From Chrysomallon squamiferum (Eukaryota; Animalia; Mollusca): a DNA stretch of 64,000 nt. The stretch's first letter is position 1. Every line of letters begins with the position of its first letter. Positions 13,146 through 27,997 of the stretch are shown in pieces. Location: contig CM022667.1 in the NCBI GenBank assembly GCA_012295275.1, positions 22,320,001 through 22,384,000 on the forward strand, written 5' to 3'. The notes under the pieces were generated by a model. It was not told the DNA's origin and searched no databases. It worked only from the letters and a program-made list of their open reading frames with translations. A program made the position numbers and the translations under genes.

Positions 13146-16100
13146 AATATGATAATGAAGACAGGAAAGATGTCTCCTAAATAATTCACTTTGTCAATGC
13201 TCCAGTCTCTATGTTGTGAGCTGTTGGCAGTCATTAAAACAAATTCCAAAAGCCTTCTTTGTCTTCTTTGTTATTTTAGATAATGTATATTTGAAAAAAT
13301 ATTCAGTTACACCACTTTAATCTGTAGTATGGAGGAAAAGAACACTTAAAGTGTGAGATTAAACGGTATACCATAGTAACAGTAACATCATTTTTATTTT
13401 TAAACATCTACAATTCCGTGATTCATTTTTATTATTCAAGCAAAAGATTACATCAGTAATGTTAATGTTATCTGTCTTTGTTAATATTTATTATATTAAT
13501 TAGTGGTGACACCATAAAAAACCAGTTACTATAACATAATAAAAGTAAACATCGTTTTAAATCACTAAATACTGAAAAATAATTAACACATGCAGGTAAA
13601 AATTAATCGATGTAATTAAAAAATTTGAATTGAATGTCATAGTGCACAAATTCTTAAAAAAATAATAAAATTTATTTGAGAAATATATATATATTAATTG
13701 CCCTGATGGGCAAACTAATTATTACCGTAATTTAGAAAAGAACAGGATCTAGCAAACAATATGGTTATTAATAAATAGTTTGGGAACCATTAGGATTACA
13801 TAGTCATTCTAATGACAAAACTGACAATGAATTACAATTTTACTATTAATAGTTAAAATGATACCCTTTACAGTAACAATATGAATAAAGAAAAAATCTG
13901 CAAGCACTACTCCATGGGTTGCTCTAACCTTTTACCTAGTCTTATGGTAATCATAATTTTCTCTTTTTTGACCAATCTCCTCAATTTGTTCAATATACTG
14001 TTAATTTGATCAATAACCTCCCTAAATGACAGACTTCATAATACAAAATACGTGCAGTTAAAGTTCATGAAAATAGATATTTAAAAAGTATAGTAATTTT
14101 TACACTCAGGATCTGACATTGTCATCCTTTTCAGAAAAACAGTTGGTACTGCAGTTTGAAATAATCAAGGAAATGCTAGATTGATCATTGATGTGCAATA
14201 CTTTGAAATTCAGACATCATTCAGGAAAAAAGGTTTTGAGGAATGTTAAACTGGGATGGCTGACAAGTCTGCAGTTTCTTCTGTAAATGTATATTGTGCA
14301 AAATCAAGTAATAATTTACATATATAAAACATAAGTTATTATTTTTTAAAATTACAGTTTATTGCTATTCGAGATGAAGTACATACAGGTAAGGCAATCT
14401 GTTTAGTCTATCTTTTCTGTAGTGATGTTACTGGATATTACAATTTGCTGACACGGCAAATATAATATCAGGTATTAAAATGGCATCTGTTATAAATTAT
14501 AAAAAGCATTAATTTGGATTGAAAACAAACCAACAAAATAAACCTTATAAAAAAATATAGATGTTAAAATGTGAATCACTTTATGAAGTAAAGGTCATCA
14601 ATTTTCAATTGCCAATAAATACTTTTGCCATACCTAATAACTACAGTGTTTATATTGTAAATTTTAAAACATCCTTTCCATTGTTTCTTTTTTTTAATGG
14701 TGTTTTTTTAATTTAAAAAGCATTAGTAAATTTGTCAGCTGGTCCCAGATACATACATAGTACAAGTTTTAATTATAATATGAATTAATTAAATTTCAAT
14801 AAAGTGAAACAATACAACACAGTGAGAACATTCAGAATAATTTCAGTAATATAATTTACTTTTCAGCATTTACTGTAGTTTCTTCAGAAATAAAACTTTC
14901 ATTCTGCCATTACATACAAAAAACACAAAAAAATGGTAATGTTCAAACATTTTTATACAATATTATTTTATTATTATAATTAAAATAATAATTAATAAAA
15001 AGCCAATAAAAATAATAAGCTGTAATAAATTATTTTTAGACCACTCATATTAACTGACAAAGTTGTGTTTTGAAACAAATTAAAACAGAGATATTTATTG
15101 AAAAAACAAATTTCTGTTATAAGTTAATGTTTATTTAAAATATTTTCTGTTGCTCTTTACTTTTGATGTTGGTGGAATGGGGTAAAAAATGCTGAATAGA
15201 ACGTAACAAAAAAATAATCCAACAAATATAAAATTTATTTTCCAACTTGGCCATAATCATACATTTTAAAACAAACATTTCTTTTCCTTCAATTTTTTGT
15301 TTATTTCATTAAATTTTATTTTAAATTAATTGCTTGTTAAGACGAACAGCTGCATAATTAATTATGGTCAACTGCAAAATATTTCCTGGATAAGAATAAG
15401 ACATTATTACTTTAAATTATCTATTATTCACTCACAATTATTTTGGTTACAGACCTGTTTTCATCAGACAGTTGTTATATTCAACATTTGTTTCTATGAA
15501 AGATAATTCAATTTTTATCTTGATTTATGTAATACAGGTGGTTAATTTTGGTTTTATTTAATCTCTGAGATTATGAATTACTTTAATTTATCAAATCTCA
15601 GTACTGGCCCCAGTGTTTGTCTCAGACAATATCATAAGCATAGACTTCTTTATTTTTATCATTCAGTGAACTGGTAAGAACTTAAAATTATTATTATTTT
15701 TTTAAATTGGACCGGTTACTGTCATTCACTTTTCTCAATGAAGTGCATGCTAGATGTTTGTATTGATATCATTGAAACCCAGGAATTCATACTAGATCAT
15801 AAATTGTCTTGCAATATAAAACTTGAGGAAAGGGGAAGGATAGAAATATTCTTTACATGGTTATATAACATTCTGATTTATATGTTACTGAAATAATGTT
15901 CAAAATAATAAAACTATAAAGGAATTAAAACTATATTTTGAATTTTTTAAGTTTTGTATTGGCCTTTCACTATAACAAAGTGGCCATGTGCCTTCTGTCA
16001 TCATTCTTTAAATGGTCATTTGGTACAAGTACCAACATCATCAGCTAACTGCAACAACTTGGTAATATCAGTTGTACCAACTTAATTGCATTTTTTGTAG

Positions 16101-16621
16101 TACTAGGCCAAATTAATTTCCCAATAACTACACAAGTTTACCACCAATGGTACTTAATAAAAATGATAGCTAAATTAATAATAATAATCGAAAGTGGTTA
16201 TAACTTCAAATTTATTCAACAGTTCTTAAAAACTGTTTAGATTCATCTTTATAATGAGATTGATAAAGGGAAACAAGTATACATATATATATAATTATTA
16301 TTATTATTATCATTATTATTATTATTATTATGAAAATTGAACTGCTATCACAGATTCTCTGGAAAGATTATGTAAACATCCTGGGTATGCAATAATACAT
16401 TTTAACCACTTGATCAAATTAATCATCCAAGAAATGAAATGAAAAAAAAAAAATGAAAAAAAAGAATAATTAACAGCATATAGAAAATTCATTGGGATTT
16501 ATTTATTTTTATTAATATAAAAAAATAAAAAAATAAGAAATTAAGAGAAAATTTTAATATAATGTTCTCCATGAAGCATGAGTTTAGGTGTACTCCACTT
16601 TAAAAAGATGGCAGCTGATAT

Positions 16622-19600
16622 TTATGTGCCAAACTTCTTTTGTTTTAGAGATGGAGGAAGCTGCTCATTAATGCTTAATGGTGTTCTTTCAACCACAACC
16701 AACCAGTCATCTTTTAATGTCTCCAGACACATTATATACTGAAAACAAATTTAAAATAGTGAGTCATAATAAATATTTTAATTTATAATTTAGGTATTTC
16801 CCTTCCAAACAGAATATTTTGAAGAAATTAAATCTTTCAGAGAACTGTCACATGCAAATTTATAGCAAAATGTTTTTTGTATAACTATTAACATCAGGTT
16901 AATAAAACATGTAAAATAAAAATGTAAAGAAGAAAAGGAAAAGATGATCAAAATAAAAAAATTAAAAAAAAATTAATATTAACACAATAAAATGACAGAA
17001 AGGAAAAAGGTAATGAACAAAAAGATTTTTAAAAAATTAATTTCTTTTTTTAAATTTATAAATCTAGTGAATTAAATTTAAAATAATAAATTTTCAAAAA
17101 TAAGGATTCAAATACTTAAAATAAAAATTTAATACTGAATTAGTCAACTGACATTAAAATGTCACTTAGCTACACTTCATTTGTTTTATTGCAATAACGT
17201 AAAAAAGTCACAAACGTCTCTGAAAACTGTATCATTAATGCGATACCTAACATGTAACCTGATATCTTATTGTTTCACAATTCCAAAAAATGCCTAACTC
17301 ACTGAGTAGCAGTAGCTACTTAGTGCAAACCTATTAAAGCAAGTTATTATCAGCAAAGTTTGTTACGTTTTTAAATTCACATACAAATACCAAAAAGTTC
17401 TCTCACTGAATGTTCTGTAATATTCTGCATAGTTGTAGATCAGTTACACAAGACCAATAGTTTTAAAATTATCCTTGGGCTATTCTAACTTTTAAATTAA
17501 TAAAAAAAAAATAAATAAATAAGAAATATTTCCCCCTTTTGAAAGCTTTTTTAAAATTTATTTTTCTTTCTTATTTTGCATTTCTGAATATTTTAATATT
17601 TCTTTTTTCTTTTATTGTGAAATCTCATGTTTATCACTTTTAAAAAAGAACAAAATTAGTATTTTTAAGTCTGTTTTAAGTTAATAGTTTGTAGTGTTAA
17701 CCTTTATTTCCATTATTTCAAACTATACAAGACGGTAGAACAAACGGTGAAAGATGATATGCAAATACATCAAATAGTAATATAAACACTTTTATTAAAA
17801 ATGAAAAGATGAAAAATATATGTAAGAACTTTTTAAAAAAATTATTATTAATCTTTTCAAACACAGAAACAAAACAATCAAATTTAGGTGAAGCAAAAAC
17901 TATATAGAATGTATTGGGGAAAAAAATATATATATACATTTAAAATGATAAAACATAAAATAAAACATTTGTAAAATAATTTTAAATCTTTTAAGCTGAT
18001 TATTATTTTTAAGTAATATTCTTCCATATGATTCCAAAAAATAAAAAAAAAAAAAAAAAAAAAGTTGCTAAGTCTTTATAGATTTGGAGGATTGTCAATA
18101 TTTATATTTTGGGGGTAATCATTCCAACTTAAAATAAACATTTTGGTATATTTCTTTTTAAATAAATAAATAAAGGTGGCTAAATTTATTTCAGATATAA
18201 TAATGAATTAATATATGTAAATAAAGAATATATAATTTTAATTTTTTTTAGTTCATTGTGAAAATTAAACTTTGCCAGCTCAGACCTGGAGATATAAAAT
18301 GAATCTTGGAGAGAAAAACTGAAATTTAAATTAACTGACTTAACTTTGAACATATACACAATGAAAAAATAAAATGTAGTCAGATACCTTGTAGTTTGTA
18401 CAGAAATGAAAAGCATGTGAATTTTTTTCCTCAGAATTTTTTGACCTGCATGCTATCAAATTTTCATTTTGATCTGGAAATGGCTGAAAAAAAAAAAAAA
18501 AAAAATCAAAAAAAAAAAATCAGAAAATAAAGAAAAATAAACCTGTTTGTTAATTATTTGTAATGTTTCTCTCTTTTCAGTAAGAATAAAATGCTTTGGA
18601 AGATTAACTGATAATATATGTCAATGAAAATAATGGATAAGTTATGAAGCACTAAAAGCTGCAATTATTACTATGTCATAGAAGTTGTGTAAATAGCAAA
18701 GGTTACTATTTAAATGACCAAACATTTGGCCTTATAACATCTGACATTGAATATTATTCTTTTTTTCATGTTATTAAAAATAAAAATAAAAAATAATAAT
18801 TCTGTAGGTATATTTATAATATACTTTACTTTAGAAAATATTTACCTTTGCTTTGTCAATAATGATAAACATGGATTCCTCTTCTAAAAACATCTGCTTG
18901 TTATTGCAAGGGTTAAATGAAATGTTAATAATTTTATGGTAACGCTTAGTCCAATTCTTGGGGAAACTGTGACTGTGTTTTTTACTCCAGCTTGTGTATT
19001 CTCTCTTAGCTATGTCAAATTCAAAAATCTGCAAGTAACAATCAAAATTTGCTGAAGAGGTAATTTCTGGTGACACATTTTGTTATCATCAGTAATTGAT
19101 CTTTTTTCTAACCATGCCTGGTTCTCAACACTAGGTGACTATACTGTGTTTTGTTTATACACAGTACTTTCTTCATTATAATATTTCCTGTTCTATTCAC
19201 TGTAATATCTATTTTTCTATGGCTGTTAAATATTATGATAAATTATAACTAAAAATTGCTGGATGATAAAAAAAAAATATATATATTAAGTTAAGAAAAA
19301 CTGTGCAGCAGAAATAACAATCTAGCAATTAAAATATATTAAATCAGATGTATTTTAAAAATATATAAATAAATAAATAAATGCTAAGCAAAGATTTATC
19401 AATAAACAATGTTTACGTTCTGTTATTATTAAAAAAAAAAAAATACATCAAGAACTTTTGTGAGTGAATTTTGAAAACTATCCAACTAAAATTTTCAAAT
19501 GGCTGTCCTGTGATGCATTATAGAAAATTTCTGAGGCCATATAAAAAGATAATGGATGGTCAAATGTAATATTGGTGGGATTTTGTATCTCTCTGCACAA

Positions 19601-22600
19601 TTACAAATACAGGTCAAACCACAAGCAAAGCCCCACAACTGACTGCTGTTTTACTATTTTATTTTTTCCAACTGCAGTGAACTTGCTAAACCTAGTAAAA
19701 TAATGTTCTGTGCATCATTTTTAATATTGTAAACTTTTTTTATAACATAGTTCATGCTCAGAAATACCTCAAATAGTGCTTTATTTTAATGTTCGTCATT
19801 TGGAAATATCAATATTCCTCAAGAAAAAATTAGTTTGACATGCAGTTTACCATCAAAAATAAGTTTTAATTCAAATAAGTTCTCTATGCCTCTTTCTTTA
19901 AAAAAAGTAATTAACTTCCAATTCTGACAGAATTTAATTAAAAAAAACACAACTTAAACTGTTAAGACAGAAAATAAAAAGATAATCTCACCTGTTGATT
20001 GCAGTATGCAACTACTAGGTAGGAACTGTCAGGTGAGTAGGTCAGAGCAGTGGCTTGACAGTTCTGTCCAGGTAAACTACAAACAAACTGTCAAAACAAA
20101 ACAATACTTTAAGCATTTCATATTATTATTTATACAAATATAATGTTTGTACAATTTAATTTGGGTTGAAAATCTTTTAACAACAAATTAAGTGGGTTTT
20201 TTTTTTAAATTAATTACTCTACACAAGAGCAAAATAAAGTCTTGTGTCATAAAATTTCTGCTAATGGCTACGCTTAGACAAACATGACAGTAGACTCCAT
20301 TAGAGATTATTTTCTTGAAACTTGTTTGACCTTTAATGAATATTTAACATTATATAGTTCAAAAACAGAAATTTGATATAAAATGAATTTGCACACCCAC
20401 ATTTGGATGTTAATCACTGATTATATAAATTACTGAAAACTAGTTAAATTTTTATCAAGTAAATATTCAGGACCATTCAGCACTAGTTTAGCAAATAGAC
20501 TCTTTATATAAGCACAAATAGTTATTTCACTATGTTTTGTATTGTCAGAATTAATCTGAGTAACAGTGATTAAAATTTCTCACATTAATGCCATGATTTA
20601 CATAACTTGGCCATATAGCTCTATTTCAGACTAAAACAAAAGTAAACATTTAATTTAAAATGTATCATTCGAACTATCTTTTTTAACCTGTTAACAAAAA
20701 AAATAAATAATAATAATACAAAAATATACATATAAAATAAAATGTACGACAGTTCTAAATCATTACAAAGTGTACCTTGTTTGTTTTGATATTGTAGACC
20801 CTAACCTCTCCTGTGTGATCAGCTACAGCTATATAGACTGAGTCAGCACTTGCACACAGCAAATGAATTGGTTCAGTGTCTAAAAATATTAGAAATACAC
20901 ACTGCATAATAAATCCAAATATTGATAAAATAATAATTAATTTTTTATATGATGAACATTTGTATGATGTGAATTAAATATTCCACATTATTATATAAAC
21001 TCTGGCGGTGAATAAATAACATAAATGGATATGACACTTTTCTATAATTGAAATGAATTTGTTTTATAATTTATTTAATTTATTTTTTGGTTTTTATTTT
21101 AATTCCAAACAGCCTAATTAAGTGTCAAATATTTCATCCATGTATCATCCTCAACTACCTATAACAATTTATACAAAATAAAACATATTATTATACCTAT
21201 TTAAAAATAATTTGAGAAACATACTAACCAGATGATGATTCAAAAGTGTGCACATGTTTTAAATCTGAATCAGAAATCTCTATAACTTGTATATTAGCTG
21301 TGTTAGTTGCTGTGATAAGAAAGCGCCCATCTTGGGTGAAGATCATTCTGTGAGCAGGTGACAGAGTTTGACCAGGACTAATTGTTTTTCTTTTTATATC
21401 TATATTAACATCACTGGAAATGACATCTTCAGTTCTGTGCTAGAAGGAAATTAAAAAAAAAAAGTTTCATATTACAAAACAAACATCTTATTTACAATTC
21501 AATATTATCATCAATGTTAACTTTTAAGTCTCTATGTCCCAGATTTCTGATACAGCCAAGAAATACATACATTTTCCAGAACAAGTTTTTGCCCATCCAT
21601 TGCTGCCATTAATTGCTGCCATTAATAACATTGCTATTATTAACACAAAGTTTGGCCACATATTCCAACCATTGTAGAGACATGTATTACTTTTTTAATG
21701 AGATAAATTAAAAAAAGATAAGATTTAATATCTTACATTAACAGTCATGACATACAGCCGGACATCTTTTTCATCAGAATAAGCAATATGGCAGCCATCT
21801 GGTGAAATCGCACAACAAACAATAATGTGACCAGTTCTAGCCAGAAGCTGAATCAGTTTAATGGGTTTTGATTGCAGAGACAGAATTTCACCATTCTTGT
21901 CTGAAAGTCAAATTTATATTCTTTTATAATAATTCTTTCTTTTTTTAATGCATAAAGAAGATACATTACTTATATGTTGTTCTGTGTCTAATAAAAAAGC
22001 ATACAACTATATTAATCACTCTACCCCTATTTTTGTAAATACATAATCAATAAGGTGTTTTGAACAGAAACAAACTGAGTTAAGAAACATGATGAGCCAC
22101 AGACAGATAGAGAGAGAGGAGAGCAAGAATTACTGTACATTTATAGAGCTAAGATTTTAGAATTTTTAATCCAGTGGTTAAAATAAAATATGTATCTGGT
22201 TCCATCAAAAACTTCTCTGCCCTATAACTAAAAGTTGTTTTTTTAAATGTAAAAGAAACTGGAATCTATGGAATTAGCAAATTAAATAAAAAATAAAAAA
22301 AATAATTTCAAATGTGTAAGAAATAAAACAAATATTGAAACTTTTTACCTGACATGAAGTCCGAGTGCCCTAGAGTCCATACTTCCAGATGTTGTGGATA
22401 TCTCAATAATAGCATATTGGAGTTTTTGGCAACATGAACTAAGTGAGTCTGAAAAGACAAAAAAAAATACTATAAAAATAAAAACAATAGAGAACAAAAG
22501 ATCACATATTACATACATTCAGTATCACCAATACAAGTATATCTGATTTTCTGTGGTGCTATGTGCCTCTAATTAATACTGTAATGTAAAATACAAATTC

Positions 22601-25600
22601 AAGCACACAAATACAAACACACAAACACACACAAACTCAAACATATGCAAGCACAGTAATGTAAGTCTTACATTTGGAATAGCAGAAAGTTTTCGCCAGA
22701 TATGTGGAGGCTGTTTACTGCTTTGTTCCATCATGCTGATAGTCAGATTAGTGTCCACACCTGGAAATACATTGGTTTTAATCATATAGATTTATACTGC
22801 AAGTATGAGAAAAATATTCAGACTCATTACACTAACTTATATCAGCTTCATATTAAATCATTGACTTTAAATGTGACTTGATGCTATTTTGACAGTTACT
22901 TTTATTTTTTAAATTTGTAATGATGAACCTCCATGACACTAAAACATGTTAAATTAACAAATAATTCATAAAAGAAATTGAACCAGCAATTGTATATTGT
23001 ATCCGACATCCCACTCATTCTGGAAATATGGTGGGTATTGTTAACTAACACCGAAATATAAATTATACCAGAAGATGAAGATGCCCTGGATTTAAATTAG
23101 GCCAATATCAAAGTGACAGGATACATCTAAAATTCTTCTAGAATTTAATGTGCTGTCACAGATAAAAGTGATTCTTCAGATATAAATGAACTAAAAAATG
23201 TGAAATTTACGAGTTACACAACAGACTAAAATTAGATGGCTGCAGACAAACAGGAAGAAATTGGAACTTCTGAATACCCTAATCATGTAGTTCTTACCTC
23301 CTGACAGAATGAAGTTATCAACAAATGCAAGTGCTCGCACATCGTGTGTGTGTTGTACCCATACTGAGGATCGAACCCATTTCTTCCACTCACTGTTTGC
23401 CTGAGTCTCAACGTACTGAAACTGTACAACAGCTGGATCAACTCCTGACGTCAGTACAGTTTTCTCATCCTGTGAAAAATAAAAAATAAAATTAACGAAG
23501 TAATCTTGTATGTCACAATTACAACATAATCACTGTAAATACAGTCATGTAATTTTAATTAACTGTAACAGAAGTGTGATATAACTCATTAAAAAATATT
23601 GGTTTAAAAAAAATATGGTTTACATTTAATTCGTTAGTTACGTTTTTGCTATACACAACACAGAGCTACCAAACTAATTTTAAGAATTCATCTTTATGAT
23701 AGAAACCTTCATAACGCACTGAGAGTGAAGAAATATCTAATAATATAAAAGAACACATACCTGACTGACAGCCATACAATAAACATCTGATTTATGACTT
23801 TGATAACTCTGAAATTAGAATAATAATTGGATTAAATACTCTCAGTTAAGGTGCTATATAAAACTGTCTAATTATTATTATTATTTTCAAGACTTTCACT
23901 TACAGCTATGGATCTATCTGTGAACATTTATTTACATTTTTGTAAACAGTGTAACCCAGTGAAACATTTCTTTAATGGTGGTTGCAAAATGAACAAAATA
24001 GCTCAAATGTTTGAATCAATACACTTAATCAATTCAGTAACATTTGTGAAGATATGCAGCATGATGATGTCTGAATTATAATGTATAATTTCCAAAATAA
24101 TAGAAATTTCATAATAGCGATAAAAAGAGATGATAAATTTAAAATGTGCTAACTTTCATGAGTGTTCCTTGTTTGCCATTCCAGAAACAGGTTTTACCTC
24201 TTGAATCTCCACTAATCACTGTGAGGTCACTGAAAATAATCAAAATATAATATATATCATCTAAATAAACACAGTAATTAGTATTTTAAATACATTTTAC
24301 AAAAATTTCAATAATAATGCAATTGTTACATTTTTATTAAAAATAACAAGCCAATAATATTGCTCACCTTGTCACAGCTAAACACCAAACAATTGTTTCT
24401 TTGTTTTTTTCTTGACGACCAAGGGTCAATCTCTGGAGGGCGTGACCTGACCTCACACTCCACAGTCTGATATTGTCAATTCCCCCCGTCACTATAACAT
24501 TGTTAGCTGAATACCATGCTATTGACAGAATCCTTCCTGCAATATGAAGTAACAAAATCATTTAATCATGGTGAATGTTATGTATAATTTTTAATATCAT
24601 AAGTTAATAATTAAGCAGATAGTTAAAATTATATTATTTTCAAATCATTATCATACTGTAATAAAACAATTTTAAATATGAGATGTAATACTGTACCTTC
24701 CTGGTGATCAAATGATCTGTTATACTGCAGAACATCACCCTCTGTTTCAAAAAGAACAACACAGCCTTCTTCTGTACCTGCCTGTACAAGATTGCAGAGT
24801 AACATATAATTGCAGATGTTTTACATCCAGTTATGCATGTTATCAAGTTACTGGTTATTAGTATCTTATATATTTAAATTCCTTGTAACTCTCTAATTTT
24901 AAAAACACTGAAGGTGAGCATTGCCAACTAATAATGTCATAAAAAAAATCTGATAGTTCATAACTAGACTTTGTAACAGCCTGCTGAAAATGTGATAAAG
25001 ACACCACAGTGATCTTCCAAAGTGTTAAGTTATTTAACAGTGGATTATCTGTAAATATTAATATTTTATTTTCAAACATACTGCAAGCTCTGTTCCTTCA
25101 GCATTGCTAGTTAAACACCAAACAGGGCCTCCATTTGATGGAACTGAAACCTAAAATTAAAACAATATTGACCAAAAAATACCGAGTTGAAAAAAAAATA
25201 ATGTATTCTTGTTAAATGCAATATTATTAATCTAATGAATCTGAACTACATTTATTATATTTATCAGGCAAAATTTTTTATTCCAATAAAACGTTAAAAA
25301 TTGTCAGATATTTCTATATGGTAGATGGTAGAAAAATAAGACATATTCAGTATTTATAAATTTACATCTTTTTTCATTTTAAACAATAACTTATCTACTT
25401 GACTCTTGTTTTACTGACAGTTACCGCTAGTCTGATTTTTAGAACTAGAAGTGAAAGAGTCACAAAACAGAAAAATGAAATGCTGATAAATTATGGTTAT
25501 CAATTAATTTTAACCTTAGGTTGTAGTTTAAACAAATCATATTCTGTAACATTCCCATCCAGACCAGCTGAATAGAGTCGTTTCCCTTGCCACACCACTG

Positions 25601-27981
25601 CTTCTACTGAAAAACCTTCTTTGGCCAAAATAATCTGTAACAAACATTATTATTATTATTATTAATTGATTTAAAATTAAAGAATCGATGTGTTACAAAA
25701 ACTTAATTTTTATTATGTAAATTTTTCATTTATAACTCAGAAAAAGAATCAACAATCAAATGGTGGCTAAGTAACAATTTCTAATTTGTGTTTAAATTGT
25801 GTATATATATATATATATATATTAAATATAACTAATGAAATTACCTTTTCTTGATACCAGTCATCTTTTATACTCCAAATTTCTACTGAACCATCAGATC
25901 TAAAAATAATTAATCAAAAATTTACCATTAATACCTAAATAGAAATAAAAATTACAAAAATCCAGTGATAACCAACTCTGCAAACATATCTTCTTACAGA
26001 TTTACTGATGGACCAGCTTAAATTTGACATTTTATTGGATATAGACTAGCCATTAGTGGATTGATACTACTGTCTTTACATCTAGAACATTCTGTACTTC
26101 ATGATACCAAAATAAGATAAATAAAATAAAAAAAATATAATAATAATAGGTATGTGGACAAAAAATTCAATCACCGCCAAATTCAACATAAATAACATCG
26201 CTGAAACGAACTCTAAAAACCCTGTAAAAAACAACAAACATCATGTGATTCTGTTAAGTATTAAGGAAGTTACAGCATTTTAACATTTTCAATTAACACT
26301 AATTAATTGTTCTATTATTTACTGCATTTGCATTACAATGGCATGACCAAAATCCTATTGTTTTTCACTAGAATGCATGTAACTTTCTTAATAATCAAAT
26401 TTTATTAGTGAAATTTGGACTGAAGATAGATGGTAACTACTTCTCTCAATTCAAGCTATTAAAAGTGCAATATAAATAATTAGTAATACAGCAGATTTTA
26501 ATTCTGACGTTTTAAGAGATCCTGTTTCTCACTTTCTGTTTGGCAAATAGCAAACTTTCATGATATCTCTCACAGTTATGGCACTTTCTTATCTGCCTGG
26601 TTTTCAGTGGGGACACAGCAACAGGCTTGGTACTGGGAAGAACAATGGCATTTTCTTCATCAGCCTGAGGGACTTCCACTGGCTGGATAATACATGACAT
26701 AACTGTGGAAATAGTACTGGTCAGGTTCAGCTGATCAAAACTTTCGTGACAAATGGAATCAAACATATTGAATTCCACAGTGTCACTGAGTTTCTTGAAC
26801 TTGTTCCGAGTGTTGTCAACAAGTTTCTGAATTTGTGATGTAATATAATTCAAAACTGTATTTCTCTGATGACCAGTAATATTATTGGGGATATATGATT
26901 GAAGTTCTTTAAAGGTCTTTGCACAGCTTTTTTTTGCAGCTAAAGACAAAAATAAACAATACTGAATACGTGACCATTTAAGAAATTCGCCAAAGAAACT
27001 GGAATTCCATTGGAAAAGTTCTCTTCCTAGTGTTGGTTGGCTATACCAGTCCTTGGATTGGGGGATTTTCTTTTCCACTTCAAGTTAGGCATCCCGAAAA
27101 GAAGGCCAACATAATAATAATGATTACTAAATTTAAAAATTAGTTGATACCGATTGGCTTGAAGGCACTCGCAAAATCCACAATCGTCCACTATTTACAA
27201 TCCATCAAGTAATAAAAGTGTGACACAGAGTACAGTTGTATATTTATACAGCATCACAATCTGTTCTATCACTCATTTATCAAACATAGCTGAAATCAAG
27301 GGTAGAAATCACTTCAGTTTCACTCGAATTTTCATCCGCCATGTTTGATTTTTAAGCCATTTCGATTTTACAGCTCATCTTCCCGGGGTTAATACATTTT
27401 CTCAGCTATGTCAGATTTCGATATAAATTCACATATAATAAAATTAAATATTGTTCTTCGCCTCCATCTACCTTAGATTATCCTCCGATATCGAAAACGA
27501 CTGATTTTAACGTGTTGAATATGAAGGAAAAATTCAAACTCTCCTCCGAAACAAACCAATTGACCGAACTGAAAAATTCGAAAACAAGTGAGAAACGGGA
27601 ATTTCCTGCTAATTATACCATCAGGGATAACCGAAACTCCCAGCCCCTGACTAATGAGAAGCGTTTTATGCAGACACACCACTCGCCATCGGGGAGATCC
27701 AGGTCACACGGATATAGCAGAAAATGGCGGATGCAGTTCTGGCAGTAATACACATACCTAATAATAATTAAAATAAAATATGATGCAAGTAAATAATTAA
27801 AATAAAAGGGATGCATTATAATGTTTATTTGCTTTTGTAATATTCAAATTTAAATATATATGATATATTATAATTACCTAGACAATGCTAGTCTCTTCTG
27901 ACTTGGCTCATATGCAAGTGAATGGATAGCATTTGGAACATATTCAAAAAATCTAACATGATGTACTCGGAACTCTGCCAT
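16622..27981 (-). CDS. UTP4: U3 snoRNA-associated protein 4 homolog (cirhin), WD40 subunit of the SSU processome, 685 aa
   Basis: 18 phase-consistent GT-AG coding exons: 27878-27981, 25845-25899, 25515-25634, 25082-25150, 24697-24781, 24368-24536, 24154-24229, 23761-23808, 23298-23469, 22672-22760, 22349-22448, 21737-21900, 21229-21439, 20776-20879, 19992-20087, 18846-19028, 18388-18483, 16622-16738 (2058 nt total). Starts MAEFRVHHVRFFEYVP, contains QHTHDVRALA and ends LPPSLKQKKFGT*, all matching UTP4 hallmarks. Confidence 0.96.
26147..27760 (-). mobile_element. 1.6-kb internally deleted DNA transposon with TAG termini (Academ-like?) in the UTP4 intron after the first coding exon
   Basis: Perfect 10-bp TIRs TAGGTATGTG (26147-26156) and CACATACCTA (27751-27760). 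Flanked on both sides by ATAA (extendable to ATAATAA). Interior is CpG-richer than the host intron and carries a 188-aa ORF. Confidence 0.7.
26512..27078 (-). pseudogene. Truncated N-terminal ORF of the TAG-ended transposon; no recognisable catalytic domain
   Basis: 188-aa stop-free frame inside the TIRs, with protein-like composition and a CHNC motif near its end. Not part of the UTP4 exon chain. Confidence 0.5.
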
Positions 27982-27997
27982 GTTATCATTCAAGAAC

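Noticed and set aside
16739-25844. Intronic snoRNAs in UTP4, plausible for a ribosome-biogenesis gene
   Set aside because: No convincing C/D box pair with a terminal stem or H/ACA fold seen by eye. An Infernal/Rfam scan would be needed.
27512-27748. 78-aa plus-strand ORF in the transposon end
   Set aside because: Short, non-ATG start in the ORF track, no recognisable motif; overlaps the presumed promoter/terminal region.
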